Shown here: positions 1-7,686 of the stretch, piece after piece | How the letters are laid out: every line of letters starts with the position of its first letter | Position numbering within the stretch: position 1 is the stretch's first letter | Origin: a virus | DNA: 34,690 nucleotides | Virus genome (UHGV): UHGV-0268713 | Direction: 5' to 3' (one strand) | Notes under the pieces: generated by a model | What the model saw: the letters and a program-made list of their open reading frames with translations, nothing else | Told to the model about the DNA's origin: nothing | Database searches by the model: none | Program-made: the position numbers and the translations under genes

Positions 1-48
1 TTAACAGCTAACTCATAGCAACTCATTCCTATTCAGATACTAATTTAA

Positions 49-79
49 CCCTCTGTTTTTACAGAGGGTTTTTGTTTTT
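49..79 (+). terminator. Rho-independent terminator-like hairpin
   Basis: CCCTCTG (49-55), loop TTTTTA, CAGAGGG (62-68), then TTTTTGTTTTT; read directly from the sequence. Confidence 0.5.
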
Positions 80-135
80 ATGTATTCATTTCTATTCACT
101 CTACACCATATTTTTCGGCGGTACAGGTGACGGTA

Positions 136-150
136 TTACCTTAAAGGTAT
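136..150. promoter_or_regulatory. Imperfect operator-like site upstream of integrase
   Basis: TTACCTTAAAGGTAT matches the TTACC-N5-GGTAA motif at 14 of 15 positions; lies 43 bp upstream of the int start. Confidence 0.3.
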
Positions 151-192
151 ACTCTCATACCGTCATGAAAATGGTTTCTATACGGGTGAATT

Positions 193-1443
193 GTGCTTAC
201 CGATACAAAATTAAAAAACCTCAAGCCGCAGGACAAACTGTACAAGGTCTCCGATCGTGACGGGCTGTATGTAGCTGTGCTTACGTCAGGCACGGTCTCG
301 TTTCGCTATGACTACCGTATCAACGGTCGCCGCGAAACACTGGTAATCGGGCAGTATGGGCGTGACGGTATCAGCCTGGCAGAAGCGCGAGAAGAACTGA
401 TTGCTGCAAAGAAGCTGCTTAAAGCAGGCCAGTCGCCGGCTGCGGCTAAACGTGACGGTATCAAAAAGATTCGTGGTGCCGAGACGTTTGCGGTACATAC
501 CGACAGTTATATGAAACACGTCATCCTGGCTGACAGTACCCGCGCAATGAAGCAGGCGGTGATCGACCGTGACATACTTCCGGTTCTTGGCAACAAAATG
601 ATGGCTGAAATTACCACATCGATGGTTCGTGATTTGTGTGACCGGATTGTCGAACGCGGTGGTCGGGCAACAGCAGTACAGGCCAGGGAAATCATCAGCA
701 GCGTATACCGTCACGCCAATGACCGTGGTCATGGTTTGTTTAATCCTGCGGCTGACATTAAACCTTCGTCTATCGCCATATTTAAACCACGAGAGCGAAC
801 ACTGACACCAGAAGAAATTGGCCTGTTCTTCCGCACGCTGGATGCCATTGGTGCTATGGGCACTATGAAAATGGCTTTAAAGCTGGTGCTTATCACTATG
901 GTTCGTAAAGGCGAATTCACCAATGCAACGTGGGATGAAATAGATTTTAAAAAATGGACATGGACAATTCCTTCAGACCGCATGAAGGGAAGCCGGGCGC
1001 ACGTTATTTACCTGCCTAAACAGGCACAGGATATATTGGTTGGGTTGCAGATGTGCGCTGGTGGAAGTGAATATCTGGTTCCTGGTCGTTACAATTTCCG
1101 GAAGCCATTATCTAATGCCGCGCTGAACTCTCTGATCGACAGAACGGTGAAAATAATAAATGAAGATGGTGAGCATATTCAGGGCTTCACCGTACACGAT
1201 ATGCGCCGTACAGCCAGTACGTTGTTGCATGAGGCTGGTTATCCTTCAGACTGGATTGAAAAGGCTCTGGCACATGAGCAGAAAGGTGTGCGCGCCGTAT
1301 ATAACAAAGCGGAATACGCCAGACAGCGCGCCTACATGTTGCAGCAGTGGGCCGATATGATTGATTCCTGGATTAACGGGGAGCATACGGATCTGATTCC
1401 GTTCTCCCCGTCGAAGTTTGAGAAGTGGATGGCGGGGGAATAA
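193..1443 (+). CDS. int: Tyrosine site-specific integrase, P4-like with N-terminal arm-binding domain
   Basis: 416-aa ORF with GTG start. N-terminus MLTDTKLKNLKPQDKLYKVSDRDGLYV is typical of P4-type integrase arm-binding domains; C-terminal HDMRRT...Y region fits the tyrosine recombinase catalytic domain. Confidence 0.9.
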   Translation: MLTDTKLKNLKPQDKLYKVSDRDGLYVAVLTSGTVSFRYDYRINGRRETLVIGQYGRDGISLAEAREELIAAKKLLKAGQSPAAAKRDGIKKIRGAETFAVHTDSYMKHVILADSTRAMKQAVIDRDILPVLGNKMMAEITTSMVRDLCDRIVERGGRATAVQAREIISSVYRHANDRGHGLFNPAADIKPSSIAIFKPRERTLTPEEIGLFFRTLDAIGAMGTMKMALKLVLITMVRKGEFTNATWDEIDFKKWTWTIPSDRMKGSRAHVIYLPKQAQDILVGLQMCAGGSEYLVPGRYNFRKPLSNAALNSLIDRTVKIINEDGEHIQGFTVHDMRRTASTLLHEAGYPSDWIEKALAHEQKGVRAVYNKAEYARQRAYMLQQWADMIDSWINGEHTDLIPFSPSKFEKWMAGE

Positions 1444-1451
1444 TTTTGCCC

Positions 1452-1490
1452 GGCACATCCCTGTGCCGCCGCCCGTCAGAAGAACCCAGC
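1452..1490. repeat. 39-bp exact direct repeat, copy 1 (identical to 34652-34690)
   Basis: GGCACATCCCTGTGCCGCCGCCCGTCAGAAGAACCCAGC is identical at both positions, with a mismatch immediately to the left (1451 C versus 34651 A). It contains the hairpin GGCACA-TCCC-TGTGCC and overlaps the 3' end of the antirepressor gene at 1476-2132. Confidence 0.9.
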
Positions 1491-2132
1491 CTTGTCGTTG
1501 ATGTACTCCGCGTGGGTCTGGATATCACGCAGGCATTTGCTCACACCAACGATGTAACAGAACATGGTGGTCAGCTCCGCCGCCGCGCCCGATACATCGT
1601 GCCCGTCTTCCTGTAACTGGTTCAGCAGATTCATCAGCAGTGAGTTCTCCGTCAGGCCGAGAACACCAGACGGAGAATGAATCAGACTGCGGTAGCCGGG
1701 CTTCAGTGGGGCGCTGTATTCTTTTTTGTCTTCCAGCTTGATCGCCTCCATAATGGCGGGCATGAAGCCTGACAAGACCTTCTCCACTTTTGTTTCTTGT
1801 TGTCTTAAACGTTTCTCGCATTCAATGAAGTAGCGTCGTACCTGACGACCTTTTTCGTTACGCTCGACCATTGCTAGTTCTTTGGCTGTATCGAGGGTGA
1901 GGTGGTACTCTTTGCGGTTGTGGCCGCCTCTACCAGATGTTTGCTTTCCCAAATTGGAAAGCAAAATATAGTCTTGATTTTCAATGAATTCGTATTCTGA
2001 AATGCGATTTGTAATCCATGCTGCAAACACCTTTTTAACACCTAAAAAAGCGTGCAGATCGCGGGCATTGCAAAGTAGGGCTGTTTCGTTAGATATAGTG
2101 CCGTTGAATACGGGGATGAGTTGACTGGTCAT
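1476..2132 (-). CDS. Antirepressor paralog 1 (Rha-like N-terminal domain plus KilAC-type C-terminal domain)
   Basis: ORF track 1476-2162; start moved to the ATG at 2132, which has an AAGGAGG Shine-Dalgarno 5 nt upstream. The C-terminal ~75 aa ([37 protein letters not shown]...KAGFF) are identical in protein to the C-terminus of the ORF at 32558-33502, at roughly 95% DNA identity. Confidence 0.8.
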   Translation of the reverse strand: MTSQLIPVFNGTISNETALLCNARDLHAFLGVKKVFAAWITNRISEYEFIENQDYILLSNLGKQTSGRGGHNRKEYHLTLDTAKELAMVERNEKGRQVRRYFIECEKRLRQQETKVEKVLSGFMPAIMEAIKLEDKKEYSAPLKPGYRSLIHSPSGVLGLTENSLLMNLLNQLQEDGHDVSGAAAELTTMFCYIVGVSKCLRDIQTHAEYINDKAGFF

Positions 2133-2161
2133 GATGACCTCCTTTGAAGTTTTAGTTAGCA

Positions 2162-2184
2162 ATCACCAGTTAGTAGCTGGTGAT
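2162..2184. promoter_or_regulatory. Perfect 8-bp inverted repeat upstream of antirepressor 1
   Basis: ATCACCAG-TTAGTAG-CTGGTGAT, 30-52 nt upstream of the ATG at 2132; candidate operator for antirepressor control. Confidence 0.35.
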
Positions 2185-2456
2185 CGGGTGTCAACTAGAG
2201 CCTTCAAAGACGCTCCGGGCATATTCCCCTTTTGGGTATTGTATTACGCCTCTCCACCCGACCTTTGTACGGATGTGACTATGCCAAATTGCAGGCATAA
2301 AAAAGCCGCAAAGCTATCGGGTGCGGGTGACCGCTTTGAAGTTCTAGTACGGTCAGTATGCGATAGCTCTGGCGGCATTGTCAAATCATGCGCCACTGAG
2401 TCCAGCAATCTCTGCAATACCAATAGCGAGATAATCGCGATTCGTCAGGCGTGATT

Positions 2457-2705
2457 TTATTGCATATGTCTTAGCTCCACTGAAGTTGTGATTTTATATG
2501 GGTTGCCTTTTACCTCAATAACACGATGAGGATCATTTTTTAGCTCTTCCGTAATCTTCCGTAATCTTCTAACAGCTGAACTTCGGTGTTTATAACGGTA
2601 AGTTACAGTTTCTTTTCTCTGTAATACCTCATCATTGCGGTACTTAGTCAAAACCATGACGACTTCAAACCTGACGCCGTTGTGTGCAACCATAATCTGC
2701 TTCAT
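2457..2705 (-). CDS. Hypothetical small protein (83 aa)
   Basis: Internal ATG at 2705 (MKQIMVAHNGVRFEVV...) overlaps the upstream gene's TGA stop as ATGA, suggesting translational coupling. Contains a 10-bp tandem duplication at 2546-2565. Confidence 0.5.
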   Translation of the reverse strand: MKQIMVAHNGVRFEVVMVLTKYRNDEVLQRKETVTYRYKHRSSAVRRLRKITEELKNDPHRVIEVKGNPYKITTSVELRHMQ

Positions 2706-3352
2706 GCTGCACGCTCCCGCCCCTGGTTGTCTGTTGGTGACAGCGGAGCATTGCTGAATGCATTTGTTAATCTGGCAATATCCAACGCGTATCCAGGGTG
2801 TAGTTGCACTGCCGGGTCTTCGCACTGATTACCCCAAACATCGAAGCCATGAGACGACTGGCGGGCGAACAGTTCAATGCGAGAAACATCGCCTAACAAT
2901 TGCACAAGTTTTTCACGAGCGATATCTGGCTTTCTTGAATGCTCAAGCCGCGGTGCGGTAAATGACTGAACGATCCCTGCATTAATGCGCGTAGGTAGTT
3001 TTCCCTTTACCGCAAACAGGCAATCTTCACTATTGGCGCGAGTCATGTGCCCCATACCCATAACCAGTTTATCTGGTTGTCGACTACCACATTTTATCCA
3101 CGTGAAGCCCTTCATCGTCATCAGACGAAATCCCCAGGCTTCAACAACTTTTAGTGCTTCGAGTGGTTGTGTTGGCACCCACCACATGGCCAACAGACAG
3201 TTTTCATCGGCCAAATCCCACACAGGAAGGCGGCAGATATCCAGCACACTCATAACCGGATATTTAAAACCGGCACCGCGATTACCATCTGCGGCTTTGT
3301 CCCGGTATACCCAGGGTGGATCTGCATAGATTAGTGTGTATTTCTTAGTCAT
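2702..3352 (-). CDS. DNA N6-adenine methyltransferase, DPPW-motif (MT-A70-like) family
   Basis: N-terminal MTKKYTLIYADPPWVY carries the DPPW catalytic motif of amino-methyltransferases. ATG at 3352 preferred over GTG at 3364. Confidence 0.8.
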   Translation of the reverse strand: MTKKYTLIYADPPWVYRDKAADGNRGAGFKYPVMSVLDICRLPVWDLADENCLLAMWWVPTQPLEALKVVEAWGFRLMTMKGFTWIKCGSRQPDKLVMGMGHMTRANSEDCLFAVKGKLPTRINAGIVQSFTAPRLEHSRKPDIAREKLVQLLGDVSRIELFARQSSHGFDVWGNQCEDPAVQLHPGYALDIARLTNAFSNAPLSPTDNQGRERAA

Positions 3353-3644
3353 AAACCACCCCACAACATCCTATGCCGCTATAGTCGCCACGGCGAAGGC
3401 CGTTACCTTTTGTGATACATTGGTCCCTGCGAACCGCGATCCTTGCACGCTCAACATCACCAGAAGCAACATCCATACACTGAAGCCAAAGGTGAGCGGC
3501 AATGCGGAACTGCCCTTTTTTCTCTCTTTCAATCGCGCGTTTTTCGATCTCTATCGCCGCAGGAGTAACGGCGACAATCTTTGACGGACTGCGCATTGAA
3601 ACCTTGTTCATGTGATATTTTTCAAGTCGGCTTAACTTTCTCAC
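3345..3644 (-). CDS. Hypothetical protein, start uncertain
   Basis: ORF tightly packed between the AlpA-like gene and the methyltransferase; candidate starts at 3644 (GTG), 3611 or 3596 (ATG); no recognisable domain. Confidence 0.35.
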   Translation of the reverse strand: MRKLSRLEKYHMNKVSMRSPSKIVAVTPAAIEIEKRAIEREKKGQFRIAAHLWLQCMDVASGDVERARIAVRRDQCITKGNGLRRGDYSGIGCCGVVYD

Positions 3645-3753
3645 TTAATCCAACCCTCTCTGAAAATTAATGCCAGCAGATAAAGCCATGCTGAAACAGA
3701 GGCCAGGAATAAGTACCATCCTGACCATTTGCTCCAGTGCCTTAGCAGCACAC

Positions 3754-4002
3754 TCATGCCGCGTTGCTCACGGGACGATATACACGTTGCTGAACAGGAG
3801 GTTTTTTACCCTGGAACTCTGCCGGGCTTGCTGCCTGACGTTCATCAAGCCAACGCTCAACTTCATCACGGTTCCATGCGCAGCGTTTATCGGTGATATA
3901 CCAGCGTTTAGGAAATTCCCCTGCGCGCTCCATACGGTCGATAGTGCTCCATGACAGTGGCACCACCGCCAGGAGTTCCTTCTTACCTAATGCACCTTTC
4001 AT
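3754..4002 (-). CDS. AlpA-family DNA-binding protein (excisionase-like regulator)
   Basis: 82 aa; ELLAVVPLSWSTIDRMERAGEFPKRWYITDKRCAWNRDEVERWL matches the AlpA/Xis-type HTH pattern; GAGAGG Shine-Dalgarno upstream. Confidence 0.7.
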   Translation of the reverse strand: MKGALGKKELLAVVPLSWSTIDRMERAGEFPKRWYITDKRCAWNRDEVERWLDERQAASPAEFQGKKPPVQQRVYRPVSNAA

Positions 4003-4051
4003 AAATACCTCTCTTGGTTGCAGTGCGGCGCGCGTGGCGCCGCGGTGGTGG

Positions 4052-4933
4052 TTACATAGATGTTTCGTTTAATTCTTCCCGACGAACGCTGTAAACGTCG
4101 GTGGCTTTTGCCAGCAGTTCGTCATCATCTGAAAGTTTTTGTGCAATATATTTGTAAGCCTTATCCAGTTCGGAGACAGTGCTGTAATTCATCGCTGCGC
4201 TGGTAAAGGCCATCAGCATTTCTTCTGGATCACGGCTATCCGCTTTACGCGTTTGCTCATCAGGCTTTTTCACTGGTTTAGCGTTGATCAGACTGTTCAT
4301 TCCCGCAGCAGTAGTTGTTTGCGGAGTAATGTCTCGCTCAACGCGCGGTGCCGTTTCCTGTAATTCGTCAGGGGTGTAAACACCAAGAAGTACATCAGGA
4401 GCGTGCAGGCGAGCCCATCGTTTCGTGCAAAGATAGGCAAGTTGCTGGCGCGGATCCTGTTCCCACAATGGAGAGTTACGCACTCCGGCTTGCGCCATAC
4501 TGATGGTAAGCTCACGTGGTTCTGCTTCTCCTTTAAGGACTGCTGACACAGTTACCGTCAGATTCGGTGATTTATCTGTTTTGCCGTTAACATTCGACCA
4601 GTCACCGCTCCAGCGATAATTCAGGCGTGTCGCTAGCAGGCTGGAAGAGGATACGACCGCGTTTACCAACTGTGCTTCGTAGCCTAACGTTCCGTTTACC
4701 ACATGCGTTTTCTGCGCCACGGCGAAAGGGTTCATTCCCCACTGTGCCGCCTGCATGGTCACCGCCAGGCAATCGGCAGGTTTGCCTTCAAGATGTTTCG
4801 GTACAGTCGCTTTGCTTTGTGACATCAACTCAGCGAAACGCACCAGTTGATTCATGCCCTCGGGGCTGAAGATTGCCGCAGCAGTGCCTACAGTTGCGCC
4901 TGGTTGTGATGTGATTGCGATATCATTGCTCAT
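4052..4933 (-). CDS. Bet/RecT-family single-strand annealing protein
   Basis: 293 aa; AAQWGMNPFAVAQKTHVV and VERDITP resemble the lambda Bet motifs NQYGLNPW and ERDITP as recalled; lies in an operon with the exonuclease. Confidence 0.75.
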   Translation of the reverse strand: MSNDIAITSQPGATVGTAAAIFSPEGMNQLVRFAELMSQSKATVPKHLEGKPADCLAVTMQAAQWGMNPFAVAQKTHVVNGTLGYEAQLVNAVVSSSSLLATRLNYRWSGDWSNVNGKTDKSPNLTVTVSAVLKGEAEPRELTISMAQAGVRNSPLWEQDPRQQLAYLCTKRWARLHAPDVLLGVYTPDELQETAPRVERDITPQTTTAAGMNSLINAKPVKKPDEQTRKADSRDPEEMLMAFTSAAMNYSTVSELDKAYKYIAQKLSDDDELLAKATDVYSVRREELNETSM

Positions 4934-5751
4934 ACGTACATATCCTGTTTACGTGCCCAGTCAGGGCGTTTAATAATTTCCACTCCGCCCCACTCATCGT
5001 TGATGCGGCATTCGTGATAGGTATTCAGATCCCGGCGGAACAGAGCGTGACCGGCATCGACATCCGGCGCATCCAGCTCGAACACGCGTACCGGATACCG
5101 ACCACAATCAACGCTTTCGCTCACGGCAAGAAAGAAAAAACCATGCGGCTGACCAGTAACCCTCATTGCGCCTTCGCGGTACATTGCGTCCTGCACGTGG
5201 TAGCGGAATTCCTCGATGTGGAGTGCAAAACGGTCCATATCTGCAACCTTTTTCACGTCGACGATCACGTTGTGCTCGTTCAGCCATTTGTCTGGACGAA
5301 TGCGGCACAACTCACCAGTCTCTTCATCGTTCCAGTACATTGATGCTTCGCAGTAACCAGGTGCTTCCAGCATCCAGCGTGCCGCCGGGTGAGCCATTGC
5401 GCTATCACGCATCAGCTCCAGTTTCCGCCACTGCTCGGCATCAAGTACCGTAATCCCCATATCCGCTACATCACGAAGAAATGCTTCTTCGTCAGCTTTA
5501 CCTTGTTTCGTCCGACGATCGAACTTTGGTGAAACAATGAAGCGTTTGTCGAATTCTCCAGGTTCCAGAAGCAGACAGTGCAGAGCAGTACCCATGTCCA
5601 GTGCAGATTTCTTCTCTTCGTCTTCTGGTGCTGCCTGAACCCATTTAAGAAGCGCCGGATTCTTGGCAACCATGTCCAGTTGCGACTTACTCACGCCGTC
5701 ACCGGCGTGGTAGTCATCGTTGCTGATGTCGAAATAAATTCCCGGTTTCAT
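4930..5751 (-). CDS. PD-(D/E)XK exonuclease (YqaJ/RecE-like recombination exonuclease)
   Basis: 273 aa; N-terminal FDISNDDYHAG and a D...VDVKK motif; overlaps the annealing-protein gene by 4 nt. Confidence 0.75.
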   Translation of the reverse strand: MKPGIYFDISNDDYHAGDGVSKSQLDMVAKNPALLKWVQAAPEDEEKKSALDMGTALHCLLLEPGEFDKRFIVSPKFDRRTKQGKADEEAFLRDVADMGITVLDAEQWRKLELMRDSAMAHPAARWMLEAPGYCEASMYWNDEETGELCRIRPDKWLNEHNVIVDVKKVADMDRFALHIEEFRYHVQDAMYREGAMRVTGQPHGFFFLAVSESVDCGRYPVRVFELDAPDVDAGHALFRRDLNTYHECRINDEWGGVEIIKRPDWARKQDMYV

Positions 5752-6047
5752 GCCGCATCCCTCTGCCCATCAAGCTGATCAGCCAGATCCCAGCGCGCGA
5801 TAATTGCCATTGCCTCGCGCCGGTAGGAATCCATCAGTTCTTCGAACTCAGGGCTGTCTTTAGCTGCTTCCAGCACTTCCTGGCGAACGCCTTTGCCTGT
5901 TACAACGTCGAAAGCTGAGGCCAGTTGATGAAGCCGGATACTCTCAATCAGTTCGACTTGTCGGTCATATAGCTGTTCTGACAGGCGGTAGTCCTTGTCG
6001 AATGCCAGCATGATTTTTTGAAGATTTTTCTGCTGATTAACGTTCAT
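5748..6047 (-). CDS. Hypothetical early protein (99 aa)
   Basis: ATG at 6047 preceded by a GGGAGGG Shine-Dalgarno; no recognisable domain. Its position upstream of exo/bet is where lambdoid phages carry gam/kil-type genes (positional inference only). Confidence 0.55.
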   Translation of the reverse strand: MNVNQQKNLQKIMLAFDKDYRLSEQLYDRQVELIESIRLHQLASAFDVVTGKGVRQEVLEAAKDSPEFEELMDSYRREAMAIIARWDLADQLDGQRDAA

Positions 6048-6049
6048 TA

Positions 6050-6202
6050 TCAGCCCTCCCATATCTCGTTATCGTTGGCCACATCTCGAGCTTCTTTGCT
6101 GACGAAAGCCCACTTAATACCTTCCTGTAAGGTGCGGAACTTCCAGCTCATGAATCCGCATGCAGTAACGCAGTACCAACCGTTGATGATTTTCCACTGC
6201 AT
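6050..6202 (-). CDS. Small hydrophobic protein (50 aa), first gene of the leftward early operon
   Basis: Translated by hand as MQWKIINGWYCVTACGFMSWKFRTLQEGIKWAFVSKEARDVANDNEIWEG; its stop is 2 nt before the next start. Below the 60-aa ORF-track cutoff. Confidence 0.35.
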   Translation of the reverse strand: MQWKIINGWYCVTACGFMSWKFRTLQEGIKWAFVSKEARDVANDNEIWEG

Positions 6203-6208
6203 AACTTG

Positions 6209-6298
6209 TTACCTCGGTTTGTTACCGTTGAGGTAATGATTATGCGTATCTGGTTTGATGTCAATAGATATGAGTTAAAAAAATTACCCGTTAGGTAA
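6209..6298. promoter_or_regulatory. OL-like operator/promoter region
   Basis: Two perfect TTACC-N5-GGTAA palindromes (6222-6236, 6284-6298) plus a TTACC half-site at 6209-6213, between the repressor terminator and the first leftward early gene. Confidence 0.55.
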
Positions 6299-6307
6299 TC
6301 GAGTAGG

Positions 6308-6335
6308 CAATAAAAAAGCCGCCAGAAGGCGGCTT
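6308..6335 (-). terminator. Rho-independent terminator downstream of the repressor gene
   Basis: AAGCCGCC-AGAA-GGCGGCTT hairpin (6316-6335) followed on the minus strand by TTTTTTATT. Confidence 0.6.
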
Positions 6336-6355
6336 ACTTACTGAAAAATATGATT

Positions 6356-6940
6356 TTATTGTTTGTTTTTTTCGTTCTGGTTGATGACAAATTCAATGTA
6401 ACTTTCGATCTTTGCTTTCTCGGTTTCGGGTAACAATGCGTAGCGCGAGCGATCATAGTTAATGGTCGCAGGGTCGTGCGGGTGAATCAGTAATTCATAG
6501 CCGTGACGCCCGAATGCGGATGCAACATTCTCCAGGGTGGAAATGGAAACGCTGACCTCATTGTTTAACAGACGGCTGATTGTCACCTGGGCGACGCCGG
6601 ATGCGCGGTGTAGTTTTCCCTGCGTTGAAAGGTCGCGGCTTTCGCTCATCCAGCGTTCCAGGTTGTGAGCCGCCAGCTGACCTATATCGCTCGGGCCGAC
6701 AGGCTGAAAACCCTCCTGAGAAAGCGAGCGATCAATATCAAGCCAGTTACGGGGTTTATTGGCGGCAGCTTCAATTTTTCGTGCAACCTGGTCGCCGATA
6801 ACCTTCTTGCCAAGAGCCCAGCGGTTTACCAGATTTGCCTGAGTTCCAAGTTTTTCTGCCATCCGCGTCTGAACACCATTGAATTCACGGTCGATCAAGT
6901 CGTTGAGATTTTGCCTGCGGACGTCCTGGATACTTTTCAT
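6356..6940 (-). CDS. Phage immunity repressor, double XRE-type HTH, no LexA-like peptidase domain
   Basis: 194 aa; two HTH-like segments (QTRMAEKLGTQANLVNRWALGKK... and GVAQVTISRLLNNEVSVSISTLENVASAFG); divergent from the Cro-like gene with operators between them. Confidence 0.8.
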   Translation of the reverse strand: MKSIQDVRRQNLNDLIDREFNGVQTRMAEKLGTQANLVNRWALGKKVIGDQVARKIEAAANKPRNWLDIDRSLSQEGFQPVGPSDIGQLAAHNLERWMSESRDLSTQGKLHRASGVAQVTISRLLNNEVSVSISTLENVASAFGRHGYELLIHPHDPATINYDRSRYALLPETEKAKIESYIEFVINQNEKNKQ

Positions 6941-6995
6941 TTTCTGGAAAATCGCCTCATATATGAATCAGTAGATGATTCAATTTAAAGCAATA

Positions 6996-7058
6996 TTACC
7001 CAACAGGTAAATGCACCTCATAGGTAACTATCCTTGATTTTTGTTACCTTATGGGTGA
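6996..7058. promoter_or_regulatory. OR-like tripartite operator region between repressor and Cro-like gene
   Basis: One perfect TTACCCAACAGGTAA (6996-7010) and two imperfect copies (GCACC-N5-GGTAA at 7013-7027; TTACC-N5-GGTGA at 7044-7058). A TTGATT -35-like hexamer sits at 7035-7040. Confidence 0.55.
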
Positions 7059-7094
7059 ATATTTATTATCTGAAATAAATATCAGGCAATAGCT

Positions 7095-7325
7095 ATGAGC
7101 GATAACGGACATTTCGATTTCAAAAAGCACTGGCTTGCACTTACTCCGGATGAGCGTGAAGCCTTCGCACAGGAAGCCGGAACGACGAGTCACTATATCC
7201 AGACTCACTTAACAGGTAAGCGCAAAATGCCAGGTAAGGTATTGATGAATGGGCTTTTTAAAGCCTGTAAAACAAGACAATGGCTGCGCTCAAAAGCAGA
7301 ACTGGCATACTTCTTCTACTCATGA
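7095..7325 (+). CDS. Cro-like small HTH regulator
   Basis: 76 aa, divergent from the repressor; LTPDEREAFAQEAGTTSHYIQTHLTGKRKMP is HTH-like. Confidence 0.6.
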   Translation: MSDNGHFDFKKHWLALTPDEREAFAQEAGTTSHYIQTHLTGKRKMPGKVLMNGLFKACKTRQWLRSKAELAYFFYS

Positions 7326-7347
7326 TATCCAGCCACAACCCTCTGTA

Positions 7348-7370
7348 GACCGCCATCCGGCGGTCTTTTC
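7348..7370 (+). terminator. Rho-independent terminator after the Cro-like gene
   Basis: GACCGCC-ATCC-GGCGGTC followed by TTTTC. Confidence 0.6.
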
Positions 7371-7380
7371 ATATCTATTC

Positions 7381-7395
7381 GTACCTCAAAGGTAA
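7381..7395. promoter_or_regulatory. Imperfect operator-like site
   Basis: GTACCTCAAAGGTAA (14 of 15 to motif) just downstream of the terminator and upstream of the replication genes, in an AT-rich stretch. Confidence 0.3.
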
Positions 7396-7473
7396 TAAAA
7401 AACCAAATCTGGTTGATCAAATTTTCCAATTGTGCAAAATAGCCAATATCAATAACAAAAAGGGGCGGAAAAA

Positions 7474-7686
7474 TTGAAGATAGTAACCAGAATGGAGGCC
7501 GCAAAAGCCGGGTTAAATCGCTATTTCACAGGAAAGCGGTGCCGTCACGGCCATCTCTCTGAAAGGTATGTTCTGAACGGAACATGTGTTGAATGTGCAA
7601 TGAATAGCGCCAACCGCCATCGTAATGAATTTGCTTGTGCACTAAAGAGTGCAAGAGGGGAAACCTATGGCAAGCAGCTGGATTAA
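7474..7686 (+). CDS. Hypothetical Cys/His-rich small protein
   Basis: 70-aa ORF with TTG start (alternative ATG at 7492); CRHGH...CVEC suggests a zinc-binding motif; function unknown. Confidence 0.4.
   Translation: MKIVTRMEAAKAGLNRYFTGKRCRHGHLSERYVLNGTCVECAMNSANRHRNEFACALKSARGETYGKQLD

Noticed and set aside
72-260. 62-aa ORF overlapping the integrase start
   Set aside because: Overlaps the terminator, operator-like site and integrase start; no ribosome-binding site.
2457-2825. Long (122-aa) form of the small early ORF
   Set aside because: The N-terminal extension overlaps the methyltransferase coding region in another frame; the internal ATG at 2705 forms an ATGA start/stop overlap typical of coupled genes.
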